DNA from: a virus
Reading direction: 5' to 3' (one strand)
Virus record (IMG/VR): IMGVR_UViG_3300019888_000004
Coordinates: 3,023 to 67,022 of that record
DNA: 64,000 nucleotides
Shown: one piece after another, positions 38,854-47,678 of the stretch
How the letters are laid out: every line of letters starts with the position of its first letter
Numbering within the stretch: the first letter of the stretch is position 1
The notes under the pieces: model-generated
Told to the model about the DNA's origin: nothing
The model's input: only the letters and a program-made list of their open reading frames with translations
The model's database searches: none
Position numbers and translations under genes: made by a program

Positions 38854-39066
38854 ATGAATGATTCAGTCAAAACGTATCTCTCAAAAATTGGCCGTCGCGG
38901 CGGCAAGGCTGGCGTTGGAGCATCCAAAGCACGCCCACCTGTTCTCGCCCGAAAGGCGGCTAACACCCGATGGAAAAACAAAGTGTTGCATCGTGACGTG
39001 CGACAGGCCCGTAACCGGAAAAGGGCTGTGCGTGGGTCATTACGCAAGGTGGAAGTACAAATGTGA
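38854..39066 (+). CDS. basic GxxGG peptide (YLSKIGRRGGKAG...ARKAANTRW)
   Basis: KGG-like motif; overlaps the HNH gene in another frame. Confidence 0.6.
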   Translation: MNDSVKTYLSKIGRRGGKAGVGASKARPPVLARKAANTRWKNKVLHRDVRQARNRKRAVRGSLRKVEVQM

Positions 39067-39382
39067 ATTGAATCCAGACATTCCACTCGACAAAGCGCAA
39101 AACCATAAAGGCGCACTTAATGGGAATTGGAAGGGTGGAGAAATAAGCGATGGGCACGGCAGAATCTTAATTTATGCGCCTAAACATCCAAATCCTTCGT
39201 ACTGTGGAACGCACGTTTACCGCTATCGGCTCGTCATGGAGAAGTATCTTGGGAGGTTTCTGCTGCCGAGTGAAATTGTTCATCACAAAAATGAAGACCA
39301 GTCAGACGACAGAATCGAAAATTTAGAAGTGATGACTCAGGCGAAACACTGCAAGCTGCATCTACATCCAACGCAAAGGTAA
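38858..39382 (+). CDS. HNH homing endonuclease
   Basis: NGNWKGG...PKHP...RLVMEKYLGRFL...VHHKNEDQSDDRIENL. Confidence 0.85.
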   Translation: MIQSKRISQKLAVAAARLALEHPKHAHLFSPERRLTPDGKTKCCIVTCDRPVTGKGLCVGHYARWKYKCELNPDIPLDKAQNHKGALNGNWKGGEISDGHGRILIYAPKHPNPSYCGTHVYRYRLVMEKYLGRFLLPSEIVHHKNEDQSDDRIENLEVMTQAKHCKLHLHPTQR

Positions 39383-39386
39383 AAGA

Positions 39387-40106
39387 ATGAGCCATGTGAT
39401 TTTCTTCGATTTAGAAAGTGCCGCATTCGACGCGGAACAGCTTCAACCGTTCATGCCCGAGTTTCTCCCGGCTGGGAATTTGAAAGACCCGGACAAGATC
39501 GCGGCTAGCATAGCCGAGAAGCGCGAGGCGTGGCTGTCCCGGTGCGCGTTGTCGGCCACAACGGGCCGCATCATCGCAGCCAGCATCGCGAGAAACAGCG
39601 ATGTGCCCGAGTTCATCTACGCCCCGGATGAACGCACCATTATTGACGTGCTGCTCCACGATCTGTCCGAAACTATTGCTTTGGGCGGGACTGCGTTCGG
39701 TTGGAACAGCCACGGATTCGACCTGCCGTTTCTGGCACAGCGTGCAGCGTCTCACGGCATCCCAGCCTTCACACTGCTCACGACCAGCTTTCGCGGCAGG
39801 CGTTCCTGGAACGAGGTGTTTGCGGATGTGATGCAGGTCTGGTGCGGGCCTTACAACCGTAGTGACGGCATGAGCCTGAAAAATGTGGCCTTGGCGCTGG
39901 GAGTTGGCACCAAGGCCGGTAGCGGGTCGGACTTTTCCGAATTACTCAAGAGTGATCCCGTCAAAGCCAAGGAGTATTCTCTGAATGATGTGGTGTTGTT
40001 GAGAAACATCGCGGTAAAAATGGGACTGGCTGATCTCACACCCCCGCCTCGCCCGAAGCTCACGCCGCTCAAAGAGCCGGAAGAACCGACGGACGTGGGG
40101 CATTGA
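39387..40106 (+). CDS. DEDD 3'-5' exonuclease (PolB/DnaQ-like)
   Basis: FFDLES, GWNSHGFDLPFL, YSLNDV. Confidence 0.8.
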   Translation: MSHVIFFDLESAAFDAEQLQPFMPEFLPAGNLKDPDKIAASIAEKREAWLSRCALSATTGRIIAASIARNSDVPEFIYAPDERTIIDVLLHDLSETIALGGTAFGWNSHGFDLPFLAQRAASHGIPAFTLLTTSFRGRRSWNEVFADVMQVWCGPYNRSDGMSLKNVALALGVGTKAGSGSDFSELLKSDPVKAKEYSLNDVVLLRNIAVKMGLADLTPPPRPKLTPLKEPEEPTDVGH

Positions 40107-40304
40107 ACACATGACCAAATTCCCTGCCATGACACCGCCAACCAGCCCTTCGGAAGTCGGAGGGCGGGGCACGGATAAAAAGAAGAAGTGCCGCGTCGTG
40201 GCAGGTTTCCGAATCAAGCCTCCGAAAATCGAAGGAGACCGATGGATTGTGCAATCCCGCAGCCGCTCGGGACGATGGGAAACGCGAATTACTACGCACT
40301 GCCG

Positions 40305-40556
40305 ATGAAAAATAAACGTCGAATTTCTCGCAAAGCCGGATGCCGAAAGCGAACCTGCGGTTTGCTGCATCCGGCGGCTGGTTCGGCGGAAACGTCGAGC
40401 GACACAAAACTGTGGCGGCGATACCGGCTCACTCATGTCACGGTCGCGTGGCAGGAACGATACGGTGAACATTGGTATGACTACTCGAAGAAAATCACGC
40501 ATGAGGACTTCCTGAAGCACTACTCACAAGTGCCGCCCGCCGAACGACAAAGCTGA
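40305..40556 (+). CDS. cassette ORF, hypothetical
   Basis: starts inside an attC-like loop and ends in the next site. Confidence 0.45.
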   Translation: MKNKRRISRKAGCRKRTCGLLHPAAGSAETSSDTKLWRRYRLTHVTVAWQERYGEHWYDYSKKITHEDFLKHYSQVPPAERQS

Positions 40557-40574
40557 GCGGCGCAACGAAGACCC

Positions 40575-40772
40575 ATGAACAAACCTGAAAGCGTAAATGC
40601 GTCCGCTCCAGCGGCGGACGACCGATGCCGCGAACTCGAAAAGCGCATAGCCGAGCTAACGAAACTGTGCCATCGCGCCGGAGATGCAATGGACGCCGCA
40701 CTGACCTGCCCCAACGATGCGGGATACCGCGCCGATGCCGCCGATGCCGTGGAAGAACTTCAAGCGGTGTAG
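40575..40772 (+). CDS. cassette ORF, hypothetical coiled coil
   Basis: starts inside an attC-like loop. Confidence 0.45.
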   Translation: MNKPESVNASAPAADDRCRELEKRIAELTKLCHRAGDAMDAALTCPNDAGYRADAADAVEELQAV

Positions 40773-40799
40773 GACCCCTAACGACCAAGCTCACCGACC

Positions 40800-41165
40800 A
40801 TGCGAATAAAAACCAAAACCGTAATGGACCAAATGAACGCCGAGAAGCCAGACGGCGTGCTCGCAGACCTGGAGGCTAAGCATGGTTCGGTGCAGCGGCT
40901 GGTTAGCCCGCTTCCGTGCCCGTTCTGTGGCTCGACGAAAATCACAGTCGAATGGGAGGAATGCGAGCCACTCGACTCGACAGACACAAACCGTCGCTGG
41001 TTCGCGGAATGCGCTCAATGCTGTTGCCAAGGTCCATTTTGCCAGAAAGAACCGCAGGTCATACCGGCGTGGAATAAGCGGGCTAACAGGGGATTAACCG
41101 TCGCAAACGACGGGATATTGGATGGGCCAAGCACGAATCACCCACCAAACACGTCGAAGGTTTAG
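40800..41165 (+). CDS. Lar-like restriction-alleviation Zn-ribbon protein (cassette)
   Basis: PLPCPFCGS...EC..C...GP...AWNKRA. Confidence 0.7.
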   Translation: MRIKTKTVMDQMNAEKPDGVLADLEAKHGSVQRLVSPLPCPFCGSTKITVEWEECEPLDSTDTNRRWFAECAQCCCQGPFCQKEPQVIPAWNKRANRGLTVANDGILDGPSTNHPPNTSKV

Positions 41166-41183
41166 ACCGGCACTTGCGGTTCG

Positions 41184-41372
41184 TCAGGAAATCCCGAGAC
41201 GATCACGCGCAGCTTGTTTCTCGGCTGCGGGGGTCGCAGCGTCCACTTGCGCGAGAAAGTCGCTCAAATCTTGCGGTGTCGGCTTCCAGCCTTCCGGCTT
41301 GTTCGCGTGCTCTGCCCAAATTTGGATAAGAGTGTTGATGCCAGTTCCGACGAGAGTAAGAATGCTGTCCAT
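41184..41372 (-). CDS. small lysis-cassette-like protein
   Basis: amphipathic N-terminus, follows the lipoprotein. Confidence 0.4.
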   Translation of the reverse strand: MDSILTLVGTGINTLIQIWAEHANKPEGWKPTPQDLSDFLAQVDAATPAAEKQAARDRLGIS

Positions 41373-41373
41373 G

Positions 41374-41733
41374 TCAGTTTGGTTTGAGGGTTAGAGTCAG
41401 CTTGTCCGCGCCTGCCTTCACCTCAGCGGGCGGTGCGGCACTCCAGTTCTGGCCCGCAGCGACCAAAGCTGTTCGAAAGGTACTGCGGAAGGCGTTCCAC
41501 GCCAAATCCGCTTGAGCCTCCTGATCCTTCGTGACTTTGCCTTGCACGACGCGCTCACAGAACGCGCCATAGGCGGCATGGGCGACATTCCAGGTGTCTT
41601 TGAGAGAATGGTAGGCGATTGCCTCTTTTGTGTCCGTCGTCGAGCAGCCGACAAGCCCGACGGTTGACAACGCGACCGGCAAGGCGGTGGCACAGAGCAG
41701 GACGGACAGGACGACAGATCGGAATCGTTTCAT
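41374..41733 (-). CDS. lipoprotein (spanin-like)
   Basis: signal peptide and LVGC lipobox. Confidence 0.6.
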   Translation of the reverse strand: MKRFRSVVLSVLLCATALPVALSTVGLVGCSTTDTKEAIAYHSLKDTWNVAHAAYGAFCERVVQGKVTKDQEAQADLAWNAFRSTFRTALVAAGQNWSAAPPAEVKAGADKLTLTLKPN

Positions 41734-43323
41734 GGCTTCAATTTGCCACCGGCGGGCTGGATTGGCAACCCTGGGGTTTTCACGATCCAACATCGCGCCT
41801 CGCACCACGCTTCCCATGCGAGTTGCACGGCGATGTCTTTGTATTGGTCGGGCCACGCGTGCGTGGTTTCGTCTTGCGGCCAGCGTTCTGTTTCGCGCTC
41901 ATACGGCGGGCCTGCAACCCATTGTTCAAATGACGACCGCGCAGAACCTTGGTCGATCTCGGACAGAGCTTGGTCGTATGTTGGCAGCCCACATGTTGCT
42001 TCGCCGTTCATCTGTTTCCTTTTCGTCGCGCCAACTGATAGTTTCTTTGCTCGTCCCGCTCGTCCGCTGGACGCGGCAACGGGTTGGGAAGTTTTGTTCG
42101 GCGACGGCGGGCAAGCGCGTCATACGCGCGAAGTTCCGCTTTTGTCATTCGCCTATTCACACCTGTCCCGATGTTGTAAATAGTCACGCCTTCGTCTCCA
42201 TTAACGCATCATGCACCGCCATATGCCGCAGAATGTGCCGCGCCTGTTCCTGCCACGGCTCATTCGATCCGACGAGCACCGGCAGCGAGTATTTCACGCG
42301 GACGAGGTAGCAGACATACGGCCACTCAGTATCTAATACCGCGCAGTCCGCCTTGTATTTCCACCAAAACAAGTCTGGAGACGATTGAAGAACGCGAATC
42401 TGGTCAGGCAAGAGCCACGCCAGTTCGGCCTGCAACTCGTCGTCTGAAATGTCGGTCAACATCAATCCTTAAGCGCCACAGCGCCGACTTTACGAAAGCC
42501 GGAAATTATTCAGTAGCAGTTTGCCATTCTTTCCGCTCGCGTTGGGTGCTGCAAGTCTTCGATCTCCTTCTCAAGTTCTTTGATCTCCTCCTCAAGCTCT
42601 TTGATCCTCGCCAACGCTGCGGTCAGCAACGAAGCTGTTTGAATATAGTCCACTTCCCAGGTCAAGAGTTTTTCAGGCGACTGAATCGCTATAGGAGCTT
42701 CTTTAATCTCTCTTTCCAGATTCGTCATTCTGCCGCCTTGCTCTCTGGTAACTGTCGCACGGGAACAGCGTCTCCCACGGGGATGTTTCCGGCGGCCAGG
42801 ATTCCATCACTGATCGCCCCAATCAGCGCCTTGTTGTGCCCGTCGGAGTTTGGGCTGTACGCGTCCTCGTAATACGCAAACAGGTCCATAAAGGCCAGGC
42901 GCGCCTGCAATGTCCATTTGTCGTTCTCGGAGGCGCGTGTGAGCTTGGCTTTGAGTTCAGATGGGAACAACACGTTACCACGAACCGCTTCAATCAGGTT
43001 GTTGCGGCAGGACGAACTCAGGTGCAGGCCCGCGCGCGGATATTGTCGGAACGTCTGCACAAGCCTGCTCTCGACCACCAACTTCAAAGTCTCGGGTGTC
43101 ATTGAGTGGAGTCTGGGATTGTTGCTTTTGCCACATCGTCAACGTGGAGACATTCCTTGAGATTCGGCATCACGTCTGATGGAGACGTTGGCGCAATCCT
43201 TCCGTTGCATGTGTCGTTGCCGGCGACAGCGTCGTAAAGAATCCCAGCCACCGGCGCGCCGTAGGAAGGAATCAAAACAACCTTATCTCCGTTCTTCGCT
43301 TCTCTGCCGTTTTTGTAGTGCAT
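41730..43323 (-). other. run of small hypothetical genes (41730-42011, 42184-42465, 42510-42728, 42725-43102, 43099-43323)
   Basis: coupled ORFs; the 43099 gene begins MHYKNGREAKNGD. Confidence 0.5.
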
Positions 43324-43438
43324 GGCGACAATATGCTTTGCTTTCGGGCAACCGTCGAGGCACAATTCGCGGGTGAGCGCCCGTTGATGCGGAACGCCCA
43401 CCCGCTAATCACAACGTTAGAAATCGAAGACGAACGTT

Positions 43439-44182
43439 ATGCCTGACACACCTGATAATCCAATCGGAACCTACCGTCCACACGCAAATGCGAGGACAAT
43501 CCCACCCGGAACGAAATTCGCGAGACTGACCGTTCGCGAGCCTGGGCCAATCGTAAAACAACGAAGCACCAGCATTTGCGATTGTGTATGCGGTAACGTC
43601 GCCACCGCCTTGAACAAGAGATTGCTGAACGGAATGACATCATCCTGCGGGTGCTTGAAGAACGAGGGCAACAATTTCAAACACGGGCACGCCCTTGCTG
43701 GAAATCCAAGCCGAATGTACCAGCAATGGCAAAATATGGTTAAGAGATGCTGCAATCCAAACGCCACGCAGTTTGAGTGCTGGGGCGGGCGTGGAATTCG
43801 AGTGTGCGAACGCTGGAGAAATTCCTTCCCGGCGTTTCTCGAAGACATGGGCGAGTGTCCGCCTGGGCTTGAGATTGACCGCTGGCCGGACAAGAATGGG
43901 AATTATTCCTGCGGGAAGTGCGACGAGTGTTTGCGTAACGGCTGGAAGTTCAACTGCCGGTGGGCCACCAAAAAAGAACAAGCCAGAAACAAGCGCGACA
44001 ACTTGGTGTTCACCGTGCGTGGCACCACAGCCTGTTTGGCAGAATTATGCGAACGCTTTGGTTTGGACTACGTCAGAACGCACTGCCGATTGACGGCAGG
44101 GTGGGATATTGAAAGAGCGTTATTTCAACCCGTGGCGAATCGGGGTCAGCTTAAAGCATCGGAGTCGAGAGAAGCGAAGTAG
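43439..44182 (+). CDS. HNH homing endonuclease inserted opposite to the surrounding operon
   Basis: FARLTV...SCGC...WGGRGI...EIDRWPDKNGNY...NCRWAT; own TTGCTT-N17-CACAAT promoter. Confidence 0.88.
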   Translation: MPDTPDNPIGTYRPHANARTIPPGTKFARLTVREPGPIVKQRSTSICDCVCGNVATALNKRLLNGMTSSCGCLKNEGNNFKHGHALAGNPSRMYQQWQNMVKRCCNPNATQFECWGGRGIRVCERWRNSFPAFLEDMGECPPGLEIDRWPDKNGNYSCGKCDECLRNGWKFNCRWATKKEQARNKRDNLVFTVRGTTACLAELCERFGLDYVRTHCRLTAGWDIERALFQPVANRGQLKASESREAK

Positions 44183-45186
44183 CGGCTGATGTCCCTGCGA
44201 AGGCCAGGACTTCGGTCGGTGAGTTGATAAAGGCCATTGGCTCCTGGTTTTAAGTCCCTGTCGGGATCGAAACCATGGCGCATGAGAATTTGACCGCGCG
44301 TGTTGTACTGCCGGTTAGCCCGACTTCCGTGCCAGAAATGAATGCACAAAGAACGCATCAATCCGATGTTTCCAACTATGCTTCGCTCCTGCCACCGTCC
44401 ACGGCGTAAGTGTTCCTGGTACTTGAGCATTTTTTCTACGAAGGCCGGGGACAAATCGTTCCTGAATTTTATCGCGTCGTCCAGAGTTCCAAGCAGCGCC
44501 GCGCTTTGATACCAGTCGCCCGCGCCCAACGCGCAAACGTCCAATAATCCGCCCATTTGCTCGATGGCTTCGCGTCGCGCGGCCCAGCATAATCCCGGCG
44601 ACCCGAATTTCTGTCCGCCGGGTTCGTAGTAATTTCCGGGTGGCCGTCCAGGATGTTCAAACTGAATTGACATCAAGCTCCGCAACTGACTTTTTATTTC
44701 GTAATTAACCGTGACGTTCGTGAGTTCAGAGAAGCACTGAATCACGGGCCAATGTTCGAGCAAGTGAAGGATTTCATTTGCCCAGTCTGGGCGGACCCAA
44801 ATAAAGTCACCATCACACCACGCCATTTTTTCCCAGTCTGGGAACATGCGCGTGAGGTGGGTCGTGCCGACGTTGATTGCCCGCTCTTTCAGCCAAAGCT
44901 CGTGCCAGGTCCGAAGTTGGATGTCTAACGGATTGTCGGCCTTGGTGACTACGAAATCACGATCTCCGAAACTGACCTCGATGGTAATCAGCACGGCCCC
45001 CGCATTACTGCAATGCCTTCGGAAATCATCAAACAGCTTCCATCTGGCGCGTGAGCGTGAGGCGTTGATGATTGGGCACAAGACGTAAAGTGGGGTGTGC
45101 AATTTATCCTGCCTTTGCAGGATAGTCTCCAGCATGGGGTCGCTAGGGGGTCTTTCAACCCCAGCCGGTGATACGTCTTCAGGCAT
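44146..45186 (-). CDS. glycosyltransferase-like protein (GT-A fold)
   Basis: WLKERAIN, WCDGD (DxD), GAGD, HFWHG. Confidence 0.65.
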   Translation of the reverse strand: MPEDVSPAGVERPPSDPMLETILQRQDKLHTPLYVLCPIINASRSRARWKLFDDFRRHCSNAGAVLITIEVSFGDRDFVVTKADNPLDIQLRTWHELWLKERAINVGTTHLTRMFPDWEKMAWCDGDFIWVRPDWANEILHLLEHWPVIQCFSELTNVTVNYEIKSQLRSLMSIQFEHPGRPPGNYYEPGGQKFGSPGLCWAARREAIEQMGGLLDVCALGAGDWYQSAALLGTLDDAIKFRNDLSPAFVEKMLKYQEHLRRGRWQERSIVGNIGLMRSLCIHFWHGSRANRQYNTRGQILMRHGFDPDRDLKPGANGLYQLTDRSPGLRRDISRYFASLDSDALS

Positions 45187-45230
45187 CGTGGAATTTACCC
45201 CTTACGCCGCCGTTCGGCACCAAGAAAAAA

Positions 45231-45650
45231 TTATCTTTTATCCGTCCCCACTTCCGGCGTGGGCGTCGGCTCAATGCCCGCCGAAATCTTGATCTGCGCA
45301 AGCGACGCGCGAAGCGTGGCAATTTGCGCGTTAGCCCTTCCCAATTCCGTGCTAGGTGAGAACGATTCTGGCACGACCGGAACGAGGACTGACAAAGCCG
45401 GCAGACCTTCTTTAGCGCGAAACGAATTCTCTCGCGCTCTCATAACTTTTTCAGAATCAGTGCTGATGTCTCGAAAGCTTTTCCACAGGAGTTCCAACTC
45501 GCGGAGATCGCGCTCCTTTTCTTTCAGGAGTGCAGAATGTTCGCGTTCCTTGCTGGCAATCAGCATCCAGAACAGCGCGCTGATAGTGCCGACCAAAACC
45601 GTCAAGGCTGTTAATGCCTGACCCGTTGAGATTTCAATGCTGGCAATCAT
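45231..45650 (-). CDS. single-TM coiled-coil protein (holin-like)
   Basis: ALTALTVLVGTISALFWMLI. Confidence 0.5.
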   Translation of the reverse strand: MIASIEISTGQALTALTVLVGTISALFWMLIASKEREHSALLKEKERDLRELELLWKSFRDISTDSEKVMRARENSFRAKEGLPALSVLVPVVPESFSPSTELGRANAQIATLRASLAQIKISAGIEPTPTPEVGTDKR

Positions 45651-45653
45651 GGT

Positions 45654-47678
45654 TCAGCGATGGTTACGCTTTGGTGTGGTCAGGACAAGCGTGCCCGACG
45701 ACACGCTCTCTCCGTCCGAGTTGAAGGCCGTGACGTTGAACGCAAACGTCGTATTGGCACGCAGGAACAATGTCGTGGAAGTTCCAGTCACGGTTTGCGA
45801 AAGGACGCCGGACGAATAGACCCTATAACTGACCCCTGCGGTCGAGCTTGCAACCCAGTCGAGAGAAACGGAAACGGTGTTGTGTTCGATCAAAACTAAT
45901 GACCAACCCAGATCGGTTGGCGGGGCTGGCAATGTCGGCAGCACGGCGGGATAGATGGTAAACGCACTCGTCGCAAAGCTCGACCCGGCTGAGTTGGCAG
46001 CGAACAATCCAACCGAATAGATTCCCGCCGCGGTAGGCACGCCGGTTATTACTCCAGTTGATCCGTCCAGAGTTAGGCCGGGAGGTAGGTTTGTCGCTCC
46101 AAAAGTTGTCGCGGTATTGCTCGTTATGATTGAGTAGATAAAGAACGTAGCTCCATTCGTCCCGGATATGTTGCCGCCGCTGATGATGACTGGCGGGTAA
46201 ATCACTGGCGGAACAACGACCCCGCCCGCTTCGTAAGCCCCCATGCTCCACGCCACTCGCTTCACCCCGCGTATGTCCGTCGTGAACCAGGCCGACAGGT
46301 TTGTTCCCACTGCCCTCGCAGGACTGGTTGGTTGTAGCGTGAGGTCCTTCGGGTAAGCCGTGAATCCAGGGTTCGTGTCGAAAAGCTGCGTGCTGAATGA
46401 AAAGCTGTTGCCTGAGCCGTTGGCCGAGACTTTGAAGCGGTAATCGGGCGACGCACTGCCGGCATCCGAGAAATTGAACCACGTCGGGTTGTGATCCGTC
46501 CCGCCGATTTCGAGTCCGGGGTGAATCGCGGTGTTTGGGTCCCACCACAAATTGTAGGCGATGACGTTGTTGTTCCCGAGCGACGACCCGCCCGAAGGCG
46601 CGTAGATGCCTACTGGCAGAGTGATTCCGCCAGCCGCACCAACAGGAGCTTCGGACGTGATGATGTTGTTCAGAATCAAAGTGCCATTCACCCCCGCGCT
46701 ACGGCAGTCGAATGAGATGCCAGCGTTGTAAGTTCCCGACGAGTCAATGTCGATGAGCGTGTTGTTGAAAATCTTGTTTCGGTCGCCCACGCCGCCGCCC
46801 TGTCCGTTGTCGAGCTTGATGCCGCCCCGGTGACAGTGAGCGATTACGTTGTTGTAAAAAAGATTGTCGCTCGTCGTAAGGGGTGAACCGATGGAGAACT
46901 TTATTCCGTAGCCAGGATCAGTTCCGGTTGTCATCAAGACGTTGACGCCCGCATTCGAAATCGTGTTTCCGAACACTCGGTTGCCGTCCGAGGTCAGGAC
47001 AATGCCGTGATCGCGAGCGTTCCAAAGGAAGTTGTTGACGATGGTGTTGTAACCAGCTCGGTAAGTCTCGATGCATTTTTGGGTGGAGTTGTAGATCGTG
47101 CAGTTAGTGACCGTGTGATACGACGCACCTTGCGAGTCGTTGATGATTTCCACGCCGTCTGCGTGTGCGTTCGCGCTGCTTGTCCCAATGTCGTGGACGA
47201 TGCAGGAGTCGAGGAAGTTTGAGACGCAGTTACGGAAAGTCACCGCTGAGGCGTCCGCCGCCGGGCTTGAAACTGTGTTGCCCATCTTCAATCCTCGAAA
47301 CCGCGCATTCGAAACGTAGGAGAACAGAATCCAGTTGCCGACGCCCGCGCCGTCGATGGAAGGCATTCCTGAGCCGTAACCAACCTCAGAGCCGTTGGCA
47401 ATTGTGATGCCCGGACTGTAGCCAGGAGAGTCGAGCGTGATGCCGCTGGAGGTGGCGAGCGCGTAAACGCTGCCGCCTTTAAGGTAGATTGTGCCGGTTA
47501 TTCCGGTTGCCGAAGCGGGAGTTCCAGTCGCGCTAGGGTCGCCCGGCAGGTGCTTCCAGGGCGCGCTGATGGAAAGGCCGGAGTTGGAGTCGTTGCCGGA
47601 GCCGCTGTCCACGTAGTAAACCGACGCGGCGGCGCACTTGGCCAGCGCGAGGAACAGGATGAGAGGGAGGGGTTTCAT
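45654..47678 (-). CDS. signal-peptide beta-helix (pectate-lyase-like) protein with Ig and FN3 domains; putative depolymerase
   Basis: MKPLPLILFLALA..A/SVYYVD.G.D.NSG; parallel beta-helix repeats; LPPGLTLD...GVITGVP; VTAFNSDGES. Confidence 0.8.
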   Translation of the reverse strand: MKPLPLILFLALAKCAAASVYYVDSGSGNDSNSGLSISAPWKHLPGDPSATGTPASATGITGTIYLKGGSVYALATSSGITLDSPGYSPGITIANGSEVGYGSGMPSIDGAGVGNWILFSYVSNARFRGLKMGNTVSSPAADASAVTFRNCVSNFLDSCIVHDIGTSSANAHADGVEIINDSQGASYHTVTNCTIYNSTQKCIETYRAGYNTIVNNFLWNARDHGIVLTSDGNRVFGNTISNAGVNVLMTTGTDPGYGIKFSIGSPLTTSDNLFYNNVIAHCHRGGIKLDNGQGGGVGDRNKIFNNTLIDIDSSGTYNAGISFDCRSAGVNGTLILNNIITSEAPVGAAGGITLPVGIYAPSGGSSLGNNNVIAYNLWWDPNTAIHPGLEIGGTDHNPTWFNFSDAGSASPDYRFKVSANGSGNSFSFSTQLFDTNPGFTAYPKDLTLQPTSPARAVGTNLSAWFTTDIRGVKRVAWSMGAYEAGGVVVPPVIYPPVIISGGNISGTNGATFFIYSIITSNTATTFGATNLPPGLTLDGSTGVITGVPTAAGIYSVGLFAANSAGSSFATSAFTIYPAVLPTLPAPPTDLGWSLVLIEHNTVSVSLDWVASSTAGVSYRVYSSGVLSQTVTGTSTTLFLRANTTFAFNVTAFNSDGESVSSGTLVLTTPKRNHR

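Larger units (their letters stand above)
40240..41120 (-). mobile_element. array of integron attC-like sites without integrase (CALIN-like)
   Basis: complete site 40776-40908; partial sites about 40240-40389, 40537-40620 and 41076-41120; complementary cassette ends. Confidence 0.7.

Noticed and set aside
40100-40206. Three-way hairpin (CCTGCCATGAC/GTCGTGGCAGG) as tRNA or riboswitch
   Set aside because: No T-loop, anticodon or CCA features; single copy; may be part of the decayed attC region
42055-42092. Half attC-like sequence GTCCGCTGGACGCGGC...GTTGGG (and a similar CCGAACCAGCG at about 32893)
   Set aside because: No matching partner arm found; at most eroded remnants
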